Of a stretch of DNA of 32,000 nt, positions 1 through 11,973 are shown in pieces. The stretch spans positions 3,480,001 through 3,512,000 of the forward strand of contig NZ_CP021983.2 in the NCBI RefSeq assembly GCF_002075285.3, in the 5' to 3' direction. A program made the translations under genes and the position numbers. Below the pieces are notes generated by a model. The model made no database searches. It worked only from the letters and a program-made list of their open reading frames with translations, and had not been told where the DNA came from. The stretch is from Halomicronema hongdechloris C2206. Lineage in GTDB: Bacteria > Cyanobacteriota > Cyanobacteriia > Phormidesmidales > Phormidesmidaceae. The stretch's first letter is position 1. The number at the start of each line of letters is the position of its first letter.

Positions 1-778
1 AGGCTGGGTTAGAGAAGCCAACGAACTGTAGCCCGGAGGCGTCGATCAACTCAAACAGGGTATCAATGGTGTAGTCCACCTCTTGGGGATGGAGGTACAT
101 GTCGGCGAAGCATTCGTCCCGCTGGTTCTCTAGAGACCATCGCTCTTGCTCGCGACGCTTGAGGCGATTGGTGTCGGGTAGGCTGGCGAAGAGTTGGCGA
201 CCGAGGGTGACACCATCACGATAATCGCCCCGTTTGGGGCCTTGCAGTAGGGCAATCGCCTGCTGCATTAGGTTGATTTCCCAGCGCCCTAGGGCTGCAT
301 ATACAAAGATATGAAAAATACCGCCAGGGGCTAGCTTGGCTGCCAGGGACTGAATCCCTCGAATGGGATCGGGAAGATGGTGCAAGACGCCAACGCAGTT
401 GATCCAATCGAATTGCCCCGGTAGCTGGTCGGCAGCGTAGAGGCTCAGGGCCTGAAAGTCGACCCGAGCGGCGGCGGAACGCCGACACCGTTCTCGGGCG
501 GTTGCGATCGCACGATCACTCAAATCAATCCCCAGCACCTCAGCCTTAGGATTGAGATGGACCAGATATTCCGTTCCCACTCCCGTACCACAGCCAGCAT
601 CAAGCACCCGCACATGATCGCGGTTAGGCTTATGGCCTGAGCAGAAACTGTAAGCCGCCTGCCAATGCCAGCGCCAGTTATATCCTGGCGGGGGCCGATC
701 TAAAAACGGCTCTGGCGGAAACGGATACGTATTATATAGCTGGGCAACCGCCTCGCTCACCGTAGAGACCTTATCCAT
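1..778 (-). CDS. class I SAM-dependent methyltransferase (partial; C-terminus lies beyond the left edge)
   Basis: Absent from the ORF track because no stop lies in the window. Reverse complement from the ATG at 778..776 reads MDKVSTVSEAVAQLYNTYPFPPEPFLDRPPPGYNWRWHWQAAYSFCSGHKPNRDHVRVLDAGCGTGVGTEYLVHLNPKAEVLGIDLSDRAIATARERC... It has SAM-binding motif I (VLDAGCGTG) and a later VGVLHHLPDP motif. In the segments I translated, the frame is open down to position 2 (...LFELIDASGLQFVGFSNPA). The listed ORF 216..488(-) is an out-of-frame artefact inside this gene. Confidence 0.85.
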   Translation of the reverse strand, partial: MDKVSTVSEAVAQLYNTYPFPPEPFLDRPPPGYNWRWHWQAAYSFCSGHKPNRDHVRVLDAGCGTGVGTEYLVHLNPKAEVLGIDLSDRAIATARERCRRSAAARVDFQALSLYAADQLPGQFDWINCVGVLHHLPDPIRGIQSLAAKLAPGGIFHIFVYAALGRWEINLMQQAIALLQGPKRGDYRDGVTLGRQLFASLPDTNRLKRREQERWSLENQRDECFADMYLHPQEVDYTIDTLFELIDASGLQFVGFSNPA

Positions 779-828
779 AGCCACATCAAACCCCGTAACA
801 GACATCAACAATCTCGTCTCTTCCCACC

Positions 829-868
829 ACCACTCTTCTCATAACCCCACCACTCTTCTCATAACCCC
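829..868. repeat. perfect 20-bp tandem duplication (ACCACTCTTCTCATAACCCC x2) in the methyltransferase/apcE spacer
   Basis: Read directly: 829..848 and 849..868 are identical. A second small duplication, CCCCTTAT x2, lies at 1013..1028. Confidence 0.9.
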
Positions 869-1262
869 TAAGTTGCCAACCCCATAAGCTTTCGCCGAGC
901 CTTGCTGAGGACTAATAATTCTGAGAACTAATTAAGCATTAATACGGAAGGCCCCCTGGCCCCGCCCTGAACGTTACAAAAATTATCTTTACTCTCAGAC
1001 TGGTCCCCCTTTCCCCTTATCCCCTTATGATGGCTGAGGAGTAAGCAAGTCCGAATGCTACACAGTTTTTAATAAAGTCGTGTTGCATCCCTTAAACGGT
1101 TTACTCTGATATCTATCTGAAAATCTGTTCCAATAATTTATACTCCGTCACAGGACGACTGCTCTGGTCATAAGCCAGCTGGACCTCTGTCAGCGGCATA
1201 TTGCCAGTATTCATCTGCCGAGGCGGATGTCAGAGCGACGAGTCTGATGAGTCACTAGCTGA

Positions 1263-4532
<3,270 letters not shown>

Positions 4533-4967
4533 GTTAAGTTACTACCGCCAAGACAGGTCATCTTGGTAGGTTACCGATGGCCTGAGATCAGACTTGGAGC
4601 ACTCTAAGTCTTCTCAGGCAGAACGTCTTTCTCAAGGCATATTGGTAGCTAGGCTAGGCAGGAGTCTCCTCAGTAGGAGGGGACCTTGCCCCCTTTGCAA
4701 TAATCCTGAGGACACTGTTACAAAATATTTCGGCTTCCCTAAGAAGTCTAGCGTCATACCGGAAAATGAATCCGGAAGGTGGCTGAGCCTAAGGATTGAA
4801 GGGAATATCACGTCGCTAAGCGGCTACCATGTTCCCTGAATCCCGAGGGGAAGAAGAGGCCGGGCAAGATCCATCCTTGCCCTACTTGCTCCCATGGCTC
4901 TGCTGTTTGAGTAGGTGAATGCCAGTTTCATAGATATCTGGTCATAATTTTTCGGAGGAATCCATCA

Positions 4968-5453
4968 ATGAGTATTGTCACGAAATCAATCGTGAATGCC
5001 GATGCTGAGGCTCGGTATCTTAGCCCCGGTGAACTAGATCGGATCAAGTCATTTGTCACCTCTGGAGAGCGTCGTCTTCGGGTTGCCCAAGTGTTGACCG
5101 AATCTCGTGAACGCATTGTCAAAGAGGCCGGTAACCAGCTTTTCCAGAAGCGCCCTGATGTTGTTTCTCCCGGCGGTAACGCTTACGGAGAAGAAATGAC
5201 AGCTACCTGCCTGCGGGACATGGACTACTACCTGCGGTTAGTTACCTACGGTATTGTCTCTGGTGATGTCACTCCCATTGAAGAAATTGGGCTTGTGGGT
5301 GTACGTGAAATGTACAATTCCCTGGGCACTCCCATCCCTGCAGTGGCCGAGGCCGTGCGTTGTATGAAGGGTGTAGCCTCCTCTCTGTTGTCCGGCGATG
5401 ACGCTGCTGAAGCAGCTTCCTACTTCGACTATGTCGTTGGCGCTATGCAGTAG
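4968..5453 (+). CDS. apcA: allophycocyanin alpha subunit
   Basis: 161 aa, [30 protein letters not shown]...[25 protein letters not shown] lies ~8 nt upstream of the ATG. Position is the canonical one, downstream of apcE. Confidence 0.97.
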   Translation: MSIVTKSIVNADAEARYLSPGELDRIKSFVTSGERRLRVAQVLTESRERIVKEAGNQLFQKRPDVVSPGGNAYGEEMTATCLRDMDYYLRLVTYGIVSGDVTPIEEIGLVGVREMYNSLGTPIPAVAEAVRCMKGVASSLLSGDDAAEAASYFDYVVGAMQ

Positions 5454-5513
5454 GCGCTCTGTTCTTAAGAGTATCCTTCTCACTGAAATTAGGTCATTCA
5501 AGGAATCACAACC

Positions 5514-5999
5514 ATGCAAGACGCAATTACTTCTGTAATCAACTCCTCAGATGTCCAGGGTAAGTACCTAGACTCCTCTGCCATGGAGAAGTTAAAGGCT
5601 TACTTCTCCACTGGAGAGCTTCGGGTTCGTGCTGCCACCGCCATCAGCGCTAATGCTGCTGAAATTGTTAAGGAAGCAGTCGCTAAATCCTTGCTCTACT
5701 CTGACATCACGCGCCCCGGCGGCAACATGTATACCACTCGCCGCTATGCCGCGTGCATCCGTGACTTAGACTACTATCTTCGCTATGCCACCTATGCTAT
5801 GTTGGCTGGTGATCCGTCCATCCTGGATGAGCGTGTTCTCAATGGTCTCAAAGAGACCTACAACTCCTTGGGTGTGCCCATCGGAGCCACTGTTAACGCT
5901 ATTCAGGCTATGAAGGAAGTCACCGCCGGTTTGGTGGGAGCTGACGCTGGCAAGGAAATGGGAGTTTACTTCGACTACATTTCCTCTGGGCTCAGCTAA
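5514..5999 (+). CDS. apcB: allophycocyanin beta subunit
   Basis: 161 aa, [20 protein letters not shown]...[20 protein letters not shown]. Lies 60 nt after apcA. Confidence 0.97.
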   Translation: MQDAITSVINSSDVQGKYLDSSAMEKLKAYFSTGELRVRAATAISANAAEIVKEAVAKSLLYSDITRPGGNMYTTRRYAACIRDLDYYLRYATYAMLAGDPSILDERVLNGLKETYNSLGVPIGATVNAIQAMKEVTAGLVGADAGKEMGVYFDYISSGLS

Positions 6000-6045
6000 C
6001 ACTCAGCAAGTGAGTTAGACACACGATAAGTCAATGGATGGCGAT

Positions 6046-6134
6046 GCGGAAGTCTGGGATGAGTGTTGAGTGGTGAGAATAATTCCTCTGCAGGAAGTCT
6101 CCTCTGCTTCTGAGCATTGATTCCTGACTTCCGC
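6046..6134 (+). promoter_or_regulatory. long-range stem-loop in the apcB-apcC spacer (possible processing or attenuation structure)
   Basis: GCGGAAGTC (6046..6054) is the exact reverse complement of GACTTCCGC (6126..6134). Flanking bases (TGGGA / TCCT) extend the pairing imperfectly. The stem encloses ~70 nt of a 230-nt spacer. Confidence 0.35.
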
Positions 6135-6229
6135 CTCTTCGCCGCAGATCATGTCAGTGTCAACGACAACTCTTCTTGCGACGTTTTGATAATTCAATTA
6201 GGTATGTTGGTTTAGGAGAAACTGTTACC

Positions 6230-6433
6230 ATGCGCATGTTTCGAATTACAGCTTGTGTACCAAGCCAAACAAGGATCCGCACCCAGCGTGAGCTACAAAA
6301 CACATTCTTTACTAAGCTAGTACCCTACGGCAGCTGGTTTCGTGAGCAGCAGCGTATCCAAAAAATGGGGGGTAAAGTCGTCAAGGTCGAATTGGCTACG
6401 GGGCGACAAGGAACTAACACCGGCTTGCTGTAA
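6230..6433 (+). CDS. apcC: phycobilisome 7.8-kDa core linker ApcC (LC7.8)
   Basis: From ATG 6230 (AGGAGA at 6214..6219): MRMFRITACVPSQTRIRTQRELQNTFFTKLVPYGSWFREQQRIQKMGGKVVKVELATGRQGTNTGLL. This is 67 aa, the typical ApcC length and sequence. The ORF-track start at 6176 is an upstream in-frame extension. Confidence 0.93.
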   Translation: MRMFRITACVPSQTRIRTQRELQNTFFTKLVPYGSWFREQQRIQKMGGKVVKVELATGRQGTNTGLL

Positions 6434-6455
6434 CACCATCGCAGTTATTTTCTAG

Positions 6456-6486
6456 GGTCACAGATGGCTGTGACCTTTGTTTTTTA
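6456..6486 (+). terminator. intrinsic terminator of the apc operon
   Basis: Perfect 8-bp stem GGTCACAG (6456..6463) / CTGTGACC (6468..6475) with a 4-nt loop, followed by TTTGTTTTTT. Lies 23 nt after the apcC stop. Confidence 0.85.
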
Positions 6487-6553
6487 TCATTGTGTCTAGG
6501 CAGGCTGCGCTTCCTGCCCCCTAGTGCTGATCGCGCCCATCGTAATCACTCTA

Positions 6554-8185
6554 CTAACCTGACTTACGATTCAGTCTAAGCTGTGTCTGAGAGCCCTCAA
6601 AAACACCATCTGGGGTGATGACAACTGGTTGAGGATCATTGGCTTCTAGCAGATGTGCCACAAAGTGATCCACTTCATTTAGCCAAAAATCAAGGGTTGG
6701 TTGTTGCCCAGCTTGGTCAAGAATGCCATTTAGTTCTTCAATGTCTTGTTGTTCTAAATGGCTGAGAGAGGCTAGCTGACAATAACGCCAAACTCGGCTC
6801 GTAATATCTTCTGCAATGGAACGATCGGCAGCACATAGGGTGGCTGGAATGCTGATTGTGGGATAGTCATTATGCTGAGGCTGATCTGGTAAAGTGCAAA
6901 ACCTAGAGCGATAGCGATCAGCAACAGGAGCCACTTTTTTCAGAAACGTATTCCGGAGTTCCTGATAAGTCGTCATCTCATCGAGCTTATGATACTCCGT
7001 GCGTAAAGCCGATAAAGCTGCCATCTCATACTCCCGAGGATCTAGCTCATGATAGTCATCCGATCGCTCGGCCTTGGCCGCAGATGGTTTGGGCTCAGAA
7101 AATTCTGCTAACCGTCCCCAAGTAATCGCCATCATCCAGCGGGTTAGGACGATATCGAAGAAATTAAAGTTGACCTCTTTGGCTTCACGGGTGTTGCAAG
7201 AAGCAAGGTACAGATCCAATAGAGCAGTGTCTACGGCCATGAGATGATGAGTCAAGCAATCCTCATGAATCAGGGATACGGGTGCAGTCGACGTTAATCT
7301 GAGCCTATCCCTTTGTAAATCTTGCTGAAGCAGCTGAAAGCAAATCTGACGAATCCAAGAAGAGTAGGTTCTTGAACCGCTAGGGCTAGTTGCGGCGGTG
7401 TAGCTGTACGTTGATGGACTTGCTTTCTCGTTGGCAATTTCGATGGCTCGACGAATGGCGTGCTTAACATCGGTGTCTGAAATATCCCGTTTGGGATAGA
7501 GTTGAGTGAGTATTCTAGACACAAACGCTAAGACAGAGCGGGTGAGGGGAGTAGGGCGCCTCAGAAAGGCCAGGGCTTCGATACGATTCTCTTTCAGGGC
7601 GGGGTTGAACTCTAGAAAGAGAGTCTTCGTTTGTCTGAGAATCGCTTGAGTAATTTGAACTTTGTTGTACTCACTGTCAATAGCTAATGTCTTCGCAAAG
7701 ACGGGTAACTGTCGAGTAAATTCCAACAGGATGCTATCGGCTCTATCACAGCCTTGGTCAGTATCCAACACATCTGTCCAGGTTTGTAGTTTGTCTAGCC
7801 AGGCCTGTAGCTGCTGCCGTTCTGATGGCGTCGATTCCGCAGTTGATATGGGCAATGCTAGCCCTAGGGAGCCAGGGCTAACAGTTGCTACTGGCGCTGA
7901 AGAGTCAGAGCGAGAAGCATCAGGACCAGGCGCTTGCAGGTGTTCGGCATCACGAATTAGCTCTGATAGTAAGCGTTTTGCTTTACCTCGCCCTCGTCCT
8001 TCGATGGCGAACTTTCTGTAGATTTCTCCTAGACATTGAACACAGGCATTAACGGAGATGCCGAGGCGATCGGCAATCTCTTGGTTGCTCTTCTGCTCGC
8101 CAAATTTTAAACGAAATACTTCCGTTTGTTCGGGCGTCAGATCCCTTTGCTTGGCCTTATGTTTCAGATAATCAGACGTCAGCAC
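6554..8185 (-). CDS. HTH (LuxR/GerE or sigma-70 region-4 type) protein with a large uncharacterised C-terminal domain
   Basis: 543-aa ORF with a GTG start; an in-frame stop lies 25 nt upstream. The N-terminus, DLTPEQTEVFRLKFGEQKSNQEIADRLGISVNACVQCLGEIYRKF, matches the 'LTxRExEV...G.SN.EIA..L.IS..TV' helix-turn-helix pattern. It is followed by a basic patch (GRGRGKAKR), a Ser/Pro/Ala linker, and ~430 aa with no motif I recognise. There is no P-loop, receiver-domain or TM signature. Confidence 0.75.
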   Translation of the reverse strand: MLTSDYLKHKAKQRDLTPEQTEVFRLKFGEQKSNQEIADRLGISVNACVQCLGEIYRKFAIEGRGRGKAKRLLSELIRDAEHLQAPGPDASRSDSSAPVATVSPGSLGLALPISTAESTPSERQQLQAWLDKLQTWTDVLDTDQGCDRADSILLEFTRQLPVFAKTLAIDSEYNKVQITQAILRQTKTLFLEFNPALKENRIEALAFLRRPTPLTRSVLAFVSRILTQLYPKRDISDTDVKHAIRRAIEIANEKASPSTYSYTAATSPSGSRTYSSWIRQICFQLLQQDLQRDRLRLTSTAPVSLIHEDCLTHHLMAVDTALLDLYLASCNTREAKEVNFNFFDIVLTRWMMAITWGRLAEFSEPKPSAAKAERSDDYHELDPREYEMAALSALRTEYHKLDEMTTYQELRNTFLKKVAPVADRYRSRFCTLPDQPQHNDYPTISIPATLCAADRSIAEDITSRVWRYCQLASLSHLEQQDIEELNGILDQAGQQPTLDFWLNEVDHFVAHLLEANDPQPVVITPDGVFEGSQTQLRLNRKSG

Positions 8186-8550
8186 ACGTTTGTTACCCTG
8201 CTCACAAATTCATTGTTTAAGGGGTCAGTTTAATTAGCAGCATCTCGGCCTATCTTCGCTGCCCATGCTTTCTCTGTCAACTAAGATCTACCTATTTCTT
8301 GAGGACTTTACATGGTGTTGTCGGATAGCTTGAAAAGAGTTATTGGGGGCCTAGGTGGTATGACTGGTGCGATAAGACCAACCAAGGGCTCACTAGACCA
8401 ACATTGACTCACTGGCAGGCCAGCTGAGCTCTATCGCCGCCAAGAATGGCCAACAGCGCATACTGTCGGGATTGTAGGGTGAACAGCCCAAATAGATCGT
8501 AGCTAAATCCACATCCCGCCAAGGGCTTATGTGTCTTAAATGCCTTAGAC

Positions 8551-8582
8551 GCCCAACTTGGTTAAGGCCCAACTTGGTTAAG
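8551..8582. repeat. perfect 16-bp tandem duplication (GCCCAACTTGGTTAAG x2)
   Basis: Read directly: 8551..8566 equals 8567..8582. Lies inside the spacer 8186..8876, which has no ORF of 60 aa or more. Confidence 0.9.
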
Positions 8583-8876
8583 GTATGCCCCCGAGTCAGG
8601 AAGCCTGGAGCTCCGTTTAGCTGCCCAGCCTGACTTGGCCTTGTAGGAAGCGTCGCGGTAATCGGATTGATTCAACACAATTGCACCATTGCTCCAATCC
8701 AGAGACCAGCGGCCAATCATAGCCAACACAATTACCCCAGAGCAACCTCCTAATACACAGAAATCGCTGGATAGCTGCTGTCCAGCTGCCAGGTCATTTC
8801 TGTGGTGTCACACTATAAACACTTTAGACACTAACTAGTGAGATCTGCATATTATCTGAATTTAGGAGACAACGGT

Positions 8877-9188
8877 ATGAGATATCAAAGCTGGCATCAT
8901 TATCGACATCACCAGGACGCAGTCATGCCTGAGGGCATGAATCAACTGCTGCAAGAGAGCGAGGCAGAGGTGATGCCAACCGATCTTGACCACCTGGCTC
9001 AAGAGGCTGCCATAGACGGCATTCTTCACCAGGGCATGGAATGGCGTGTGAAATATCAAGGCGTGTTCTGGAAAGCCCGTTGTCCAGGCGCACAGGTGCT
9101 ACTATGGCCCGGCGATCGCGTCTATGTGGTGGGCCGTCAAGGAAATACGCTATTGATTAAACCACTCATTGCCTCGGCCCTAGGCTAG
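8877..9188 (+). CDS. small NfeD-like (OB-fold C-terminal domain) protein
   Basis: ATG at 8877 is preceded by AGGAGA at 8864..8869; the ORF-track start at 8838 is GTG with no RBS. The C-terminal half, WRVKYQGVFWKARCPGAQVLLWPGDRVYVVGRQGNTLLIKPL, resembles the NfeD C-terminal OB-fold pattern (G.V.f.G..W.A.....l..G..V.Vvg..g..L.V.P). The N-terminal half is His-rich and acidic. The family call rests on motif resemblance only. Confidence 0.55.
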   Translation: MRYQSWHHYRHHQDAVMPEGMNQLLQESEAEVMPTDLDHLAQEAAIDGILHQGMEWRVKYQGVFWKARCPGAQVLLWPGDRVYVVGRQGNTLLIKPLIASALG

Positions 9189-9328
9189 TCGTGACCTGAA
9201 CCACTATCTTGCGCTCATGGACTTGCGCTCACGGGTGACCGGCCAGCGGTGACTATGAGGGTATCGACTGCCTCAGTGCCCTCATAGGGCCGCTTTAGAT
9301 GCTCTACTACTGGTTTCTGAGGTGGGGT

Positions 9329-9348
9329 AGTAAATCTCGAGATTTACT
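9329..9348. promoter_or_regulatory. perfect 20-bp palindrome upstream of leuA (candidate operator)
   Basis: AGTAAATCTCGAGATTTACT is its own reverse complement. It is centred ~90 nt upstream of the leuA ATG at 9430. Confidence 0.35.
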
Positions 9349-9429
9349 GGTGGGTTTAGGGAAGAAGCGGCACCTAGCACTAAAATATTCATCAGTGCTA
9401 CCGTTGTCGTTTACCGTCCATGAGTTGCG

Positions 9430-11058
9430 ATGAGTACCCAGCCTAGCCAAGACCGTATCTTGATTTTCGACACCACTCTGCGAGACGGAGAACAGTCGCC
9501 AGGGGCGACCTTAAATGTGGACGAAAAGTTAACCATTGCCCGACAATTGGCTCGGTTAGGGGTCGATATTATCGAGGCTGGATTTCCCTTCGCCAGTGCA
9601 GGAGATTTTGAGGCTGTTAATAAGATTGCCCAGGCAGTGGGTACTGACGATGGACCAGTTATCTGTGCCTTAGCCCGGGCTACTAAGCAAGATATTGAAG
9701 CGGCAGCTAAGGCCTTGGCCCCTGCGGCTAAAGGGCGTATTCATACATTTATTGCCACTTCAGATATTCACATGCAGCATAAGCTGCGCAAGACTCGCAG
9801 CGAAGTACTTGCGATCGCATCGGAGATGGTAGCCTACGCGAAGAGTTTCACCGACGATGTCGAATTTTCTCCAGAAGATGCGGGCCGCTCCGATCCAGAC
9901 TTCTTGTATCACGTGCTAGAGCGGGCCATTGCAGCGGGGGCCACCACCGTCAACATCCCGGACACCGTTGGCTATCTGGCGCCTCAAGAGTTCGGCGGGC
10001 TGATCCGAGGCATCAAAGAAAATGTGCCCAACATTGACCAGGCCATCATCTCGGTCCATGGTCACAATGACCTGGGCTTGGCCGTCGCCAACTTCCTAGA
10101 GGCGGTGAAAAATGGGGCCCGGCAGCTAGAGTGCACCATCAACGGCATCGGGGAGCGGGCCGGTAACGCCGCCCTAGAAGAATTGGTCATGGCCTTGCAT
10201 GTGCGCCGTAGCTACTACAATCCTTTCCTGGGCCGCTCGCCAGAATCCCAGGCCCCCCTAACCAATATCGACACCCGCCAGATCTATAAAGCCTCTCGTC
10301 TGGTGTCAAATCTCACCGGCATGTTCGTGCAGCCCAACAAGGCTATTGTGGGGGCCAATGCCTTTTCCCATGAGTCGGGTATCCACCAAGACGGCGTCCT
10401 AAAGAATCGGCTCACCTACGAGATCATGGATGCCGAGTCCATTGGTCTCAATGACAATCAAATTGTGCTAGGCAAGCATTCTGGCCGCAACGCCTTCCGC
10501 ACTCGCCTGAGTGAACTGGGCCACGACCTGAATGAGCAAGAGCTTAATCGGGCCTTCCTGCGCTTCAAAGAACTGGCCGACAAGAAGAAATCCGTCACCG
10601 ATTGGGACATCGAAGCCATCGTCAACGACGAAGTACAGCAGGCCCCCGAGCATTTCCATTTAGAGCTGGTGCAGGTCTCCTGTGGAGACCATGCGCGTCC
10701 CACGGCTACCGTGACCCTACGTACCCCCGATGGGGAGGAACTGATGGATGCTGCCATTGGCACAGGGCCGGTGGACGCAGTGTATCGGGCCATTAACCGC
10801 GTCGTCAATATTCCCAACGAGCTCATCGAGTTCTCGGTACAATCGGTGACGGCAGGCATCGACGCCATGGGTGAGGTGACTATCCGCATCCGCCACGAAG
10901 GCCGGGTGTTCTCAGGCCATGCCGCCAACACCGATATTGTGGTGGCCTCGACCCAGGCCTATGTCAATGCCTTGAACCGTCTCTATGCCGCCGTTCAGCA
11001 GGGCAATGTGCTGCATCCGCAGCGGGATGTGGCGCCAGCACCAGTGACCACCAACTAG
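9430..11058 (+). CDS. leuA: 2-isopropylmalate synthase
   Basis: 542 aa, starting [53 protein letters not shown]. Also contains [12 protein letters not shown] and HESGIHQDG motifs and a C-terminal LeuA dimerisation/regulatory domain. Confidence 0.96.
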   Translation: MSTQPSQDRILIFDTTLRDGEQSPGATLNVDEKLTIARQLARLGVDIIEAGFPFASAGDFEAVNKIAQAVGTDDGPVICALARATKQDIEAAAKALAPAAKGRIHTFIATSDIHMQHKLRKTRSEVLAIASEMVAYAKSFTDDVEFSPEDAGRSDPDFLYHVLERAIAAGATTVNIPDTVGYLAPQEFGGLIRGIKENVPNIDQAIISVHGHNDLGLAVANFLEAVKNGARQLECTINGIGERAGNAALEELVMALHVRRSYYNPFLGRSPESQAPLTNIDTRQIYKASRLVSNLTGMFVQPNKAIVGANAFSHESGIHQDGVLKNRLTYEIMDAESIGLNDNQIVLGKHSGRNAFRTRLSELGHDLNEQELNRAFLRFKELADKKKSVTDWDIEAIVNDEVQQAPEHFHLELVQVSCGDHARPTATVTLRTPDGEELMDAAIGTGPVDAVYRAINRVVNIPNELIEFSVQSVTAGIDAMGEVTIRIRHEGRVFSGHAANTDIVVASTQAYVNALNRLYAAVQQGNVLHPQRDVAPAPVTTN

Positions 11059-11059
11059 C

Positions 11060-11180
11060 CCAGAAAGGCAGAGGGCAAAAGGTAGAAGGTAGAAGGTAGC
11101 AGGGGAATTCTCGACGTATCAAGGCTTCTGCCTTCAACCAATAGGGGTAGCTATTGCCGCCGTCGAGTCCTCGTAGACTG
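11060..11180 (+). repeat. dispersed heptamer-repeat/hairpin element, copy A
   Basis: Starts CAGAAAGGCAGA, then five GGYARMR heptamers (11067..11101, including GGTAGAA x2). The 33-nt core GGGGAATTCTCGACGTATCAAGGCTTCTGCCTT (11102..11134) is identical to 13995..14027. Near-identity continues to ~11172. AAGGTAGAAG can pair with CTTCTGCCTT. Confidence 0.85.
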
Positions 11181-11366
11181 CGGCGCCAATTGGCCCGTCA
11201 TATCGGATCGATCGCGATCAGACTGCCAATTACAATTCTTTATGCCCAGCAGAGCTGCTCCCAATAGGATGTCTTGTTCAGGATAAGGCTTGGCATTAGC
11301 TAGGGGAGGATGATGCGATCGCATGCCCGGGCACTCTGATCACGTAACGATCAGGGAGCCTAAATT

Positions 11367-11927
11367 ATGCTACCTACCGTCTCCGCATCCACCATTCGTC
11401 AGGGTCACCTCAGCCAAACCGGGGGATATACCCTACTGGAATCCTTAGTGGTCCTAGGGATGCTAGGCACCTTAGCCAGTATCGTCGTCCCCAGCTGGCT
11501 AGGGTTCCTCGATACCCAGCGCCTCAACGATGCCCGCAGCGAAGTGTATCAGGCCATCCGCCTCACCCAGACCCAGGCCATGCAAGATAAGGCCGAATGG
11601 CAGTTCAGCATTCGCCAGCTAGACGACCGCCCGGAATGGGCCATGCACCCCCGGAGTCTCTCCCCAGTCCAGGTCTCCACTTGGCAACCTATGAACTCGG
11701 CGGTCGACCTCGATCTAGACGAGACCACCCTGGCTAAGAGCAAAGGTGTTTACTACGTGCGCTTCGACCACGATGGCACCGTGACCTATCGCCTGGGCCG
11801 GGTGACTTTCACCAGCCCCAGTGGCGGTCGCACTAAACGCTGCGTGATCGTATCGACTTTGTTGGGAGCAATGCGCCAAGGGGAAGAGCACAGTAACCCC
11901 GACCGCTCTAAACGCTATTGCTACTAA
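11367..11927 (+). CDS. prepilin-type N-terminal cleavage/methylation domain protein (GspH/FimT-like minor pilin)
   Basis: 186 aa. QTGG/YTLLESLVVLGMLGTLASIVVPSW matches the G-(F/Y)TL(L/I)E class III signal followed by a hydrophobic helix. GGGAG RBS lies upstream. Confidence 0.8.
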   Translation: MLPTVSASTIRQGHLSQTGGYTLLESLVVLGMLGTLASIVVPSWLGFLDTQRLNDARSEVYQAIRLTQTQAMQDKAEWQFSIRQLDDRPEWAMHPRSLSPVQVSTWQPMNSAVDLDLDETTLAKSKGVYYVRFDHDGTVTYRLGRVTFTSPSGGRTKRCVIVSTLLGAMRQGEEHSNPDRSKRYCY

Positions 11928-11973
11928 GCCTTATCCAAGGCGGCCCCAAGGCTAGGAACCGGTAGCCACCGGC

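Noticed and set aside
216-488. 90-aa minus-strand ORF from the track
   Set aside because: It lies out of frame inside the longer methyltransferase reading frame (1..778), which has clear SAM-binding motifs. Its Arg/Ser/Pro-rich composition is typical of an off-frame artefact.
4594-4839. 81-aa ORF in the apcE-apcA spacer
   Set aside because: It has a TTG start, no RBS and no recognisable motif. It lies in the region expected to hold the apcA promoter and 5' UTR, so I treat it as non-coding.
6015-6229. ORF 6015..6197(-) and the upstream extension of apcC (6176..6229)
   Set aside because: ApcC is a conserved 67-aa protein that starts at MRMFRIT (6230) with a good RBS. The antisense 60-aa ORF has no support and overlaps the structured spacer.
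9327-9348. NtcA binding-site interpretation of the leuA palindrome
   Set aside because: NtcA sites are GTA-N8-TAC. Here the GTA and TAC are 12 nt apart, so the spacing does not fit.
10458-10931. Antisense and off-frame ORFs inside leuA (10458..10931, 10468..10659, 10602..10796)
   Set aside because: They are embedded in a confidently identified gene. Open antisense frames are expected in GC-rich coding DNA, and the translations are Ser/Arg/Pro-rich.
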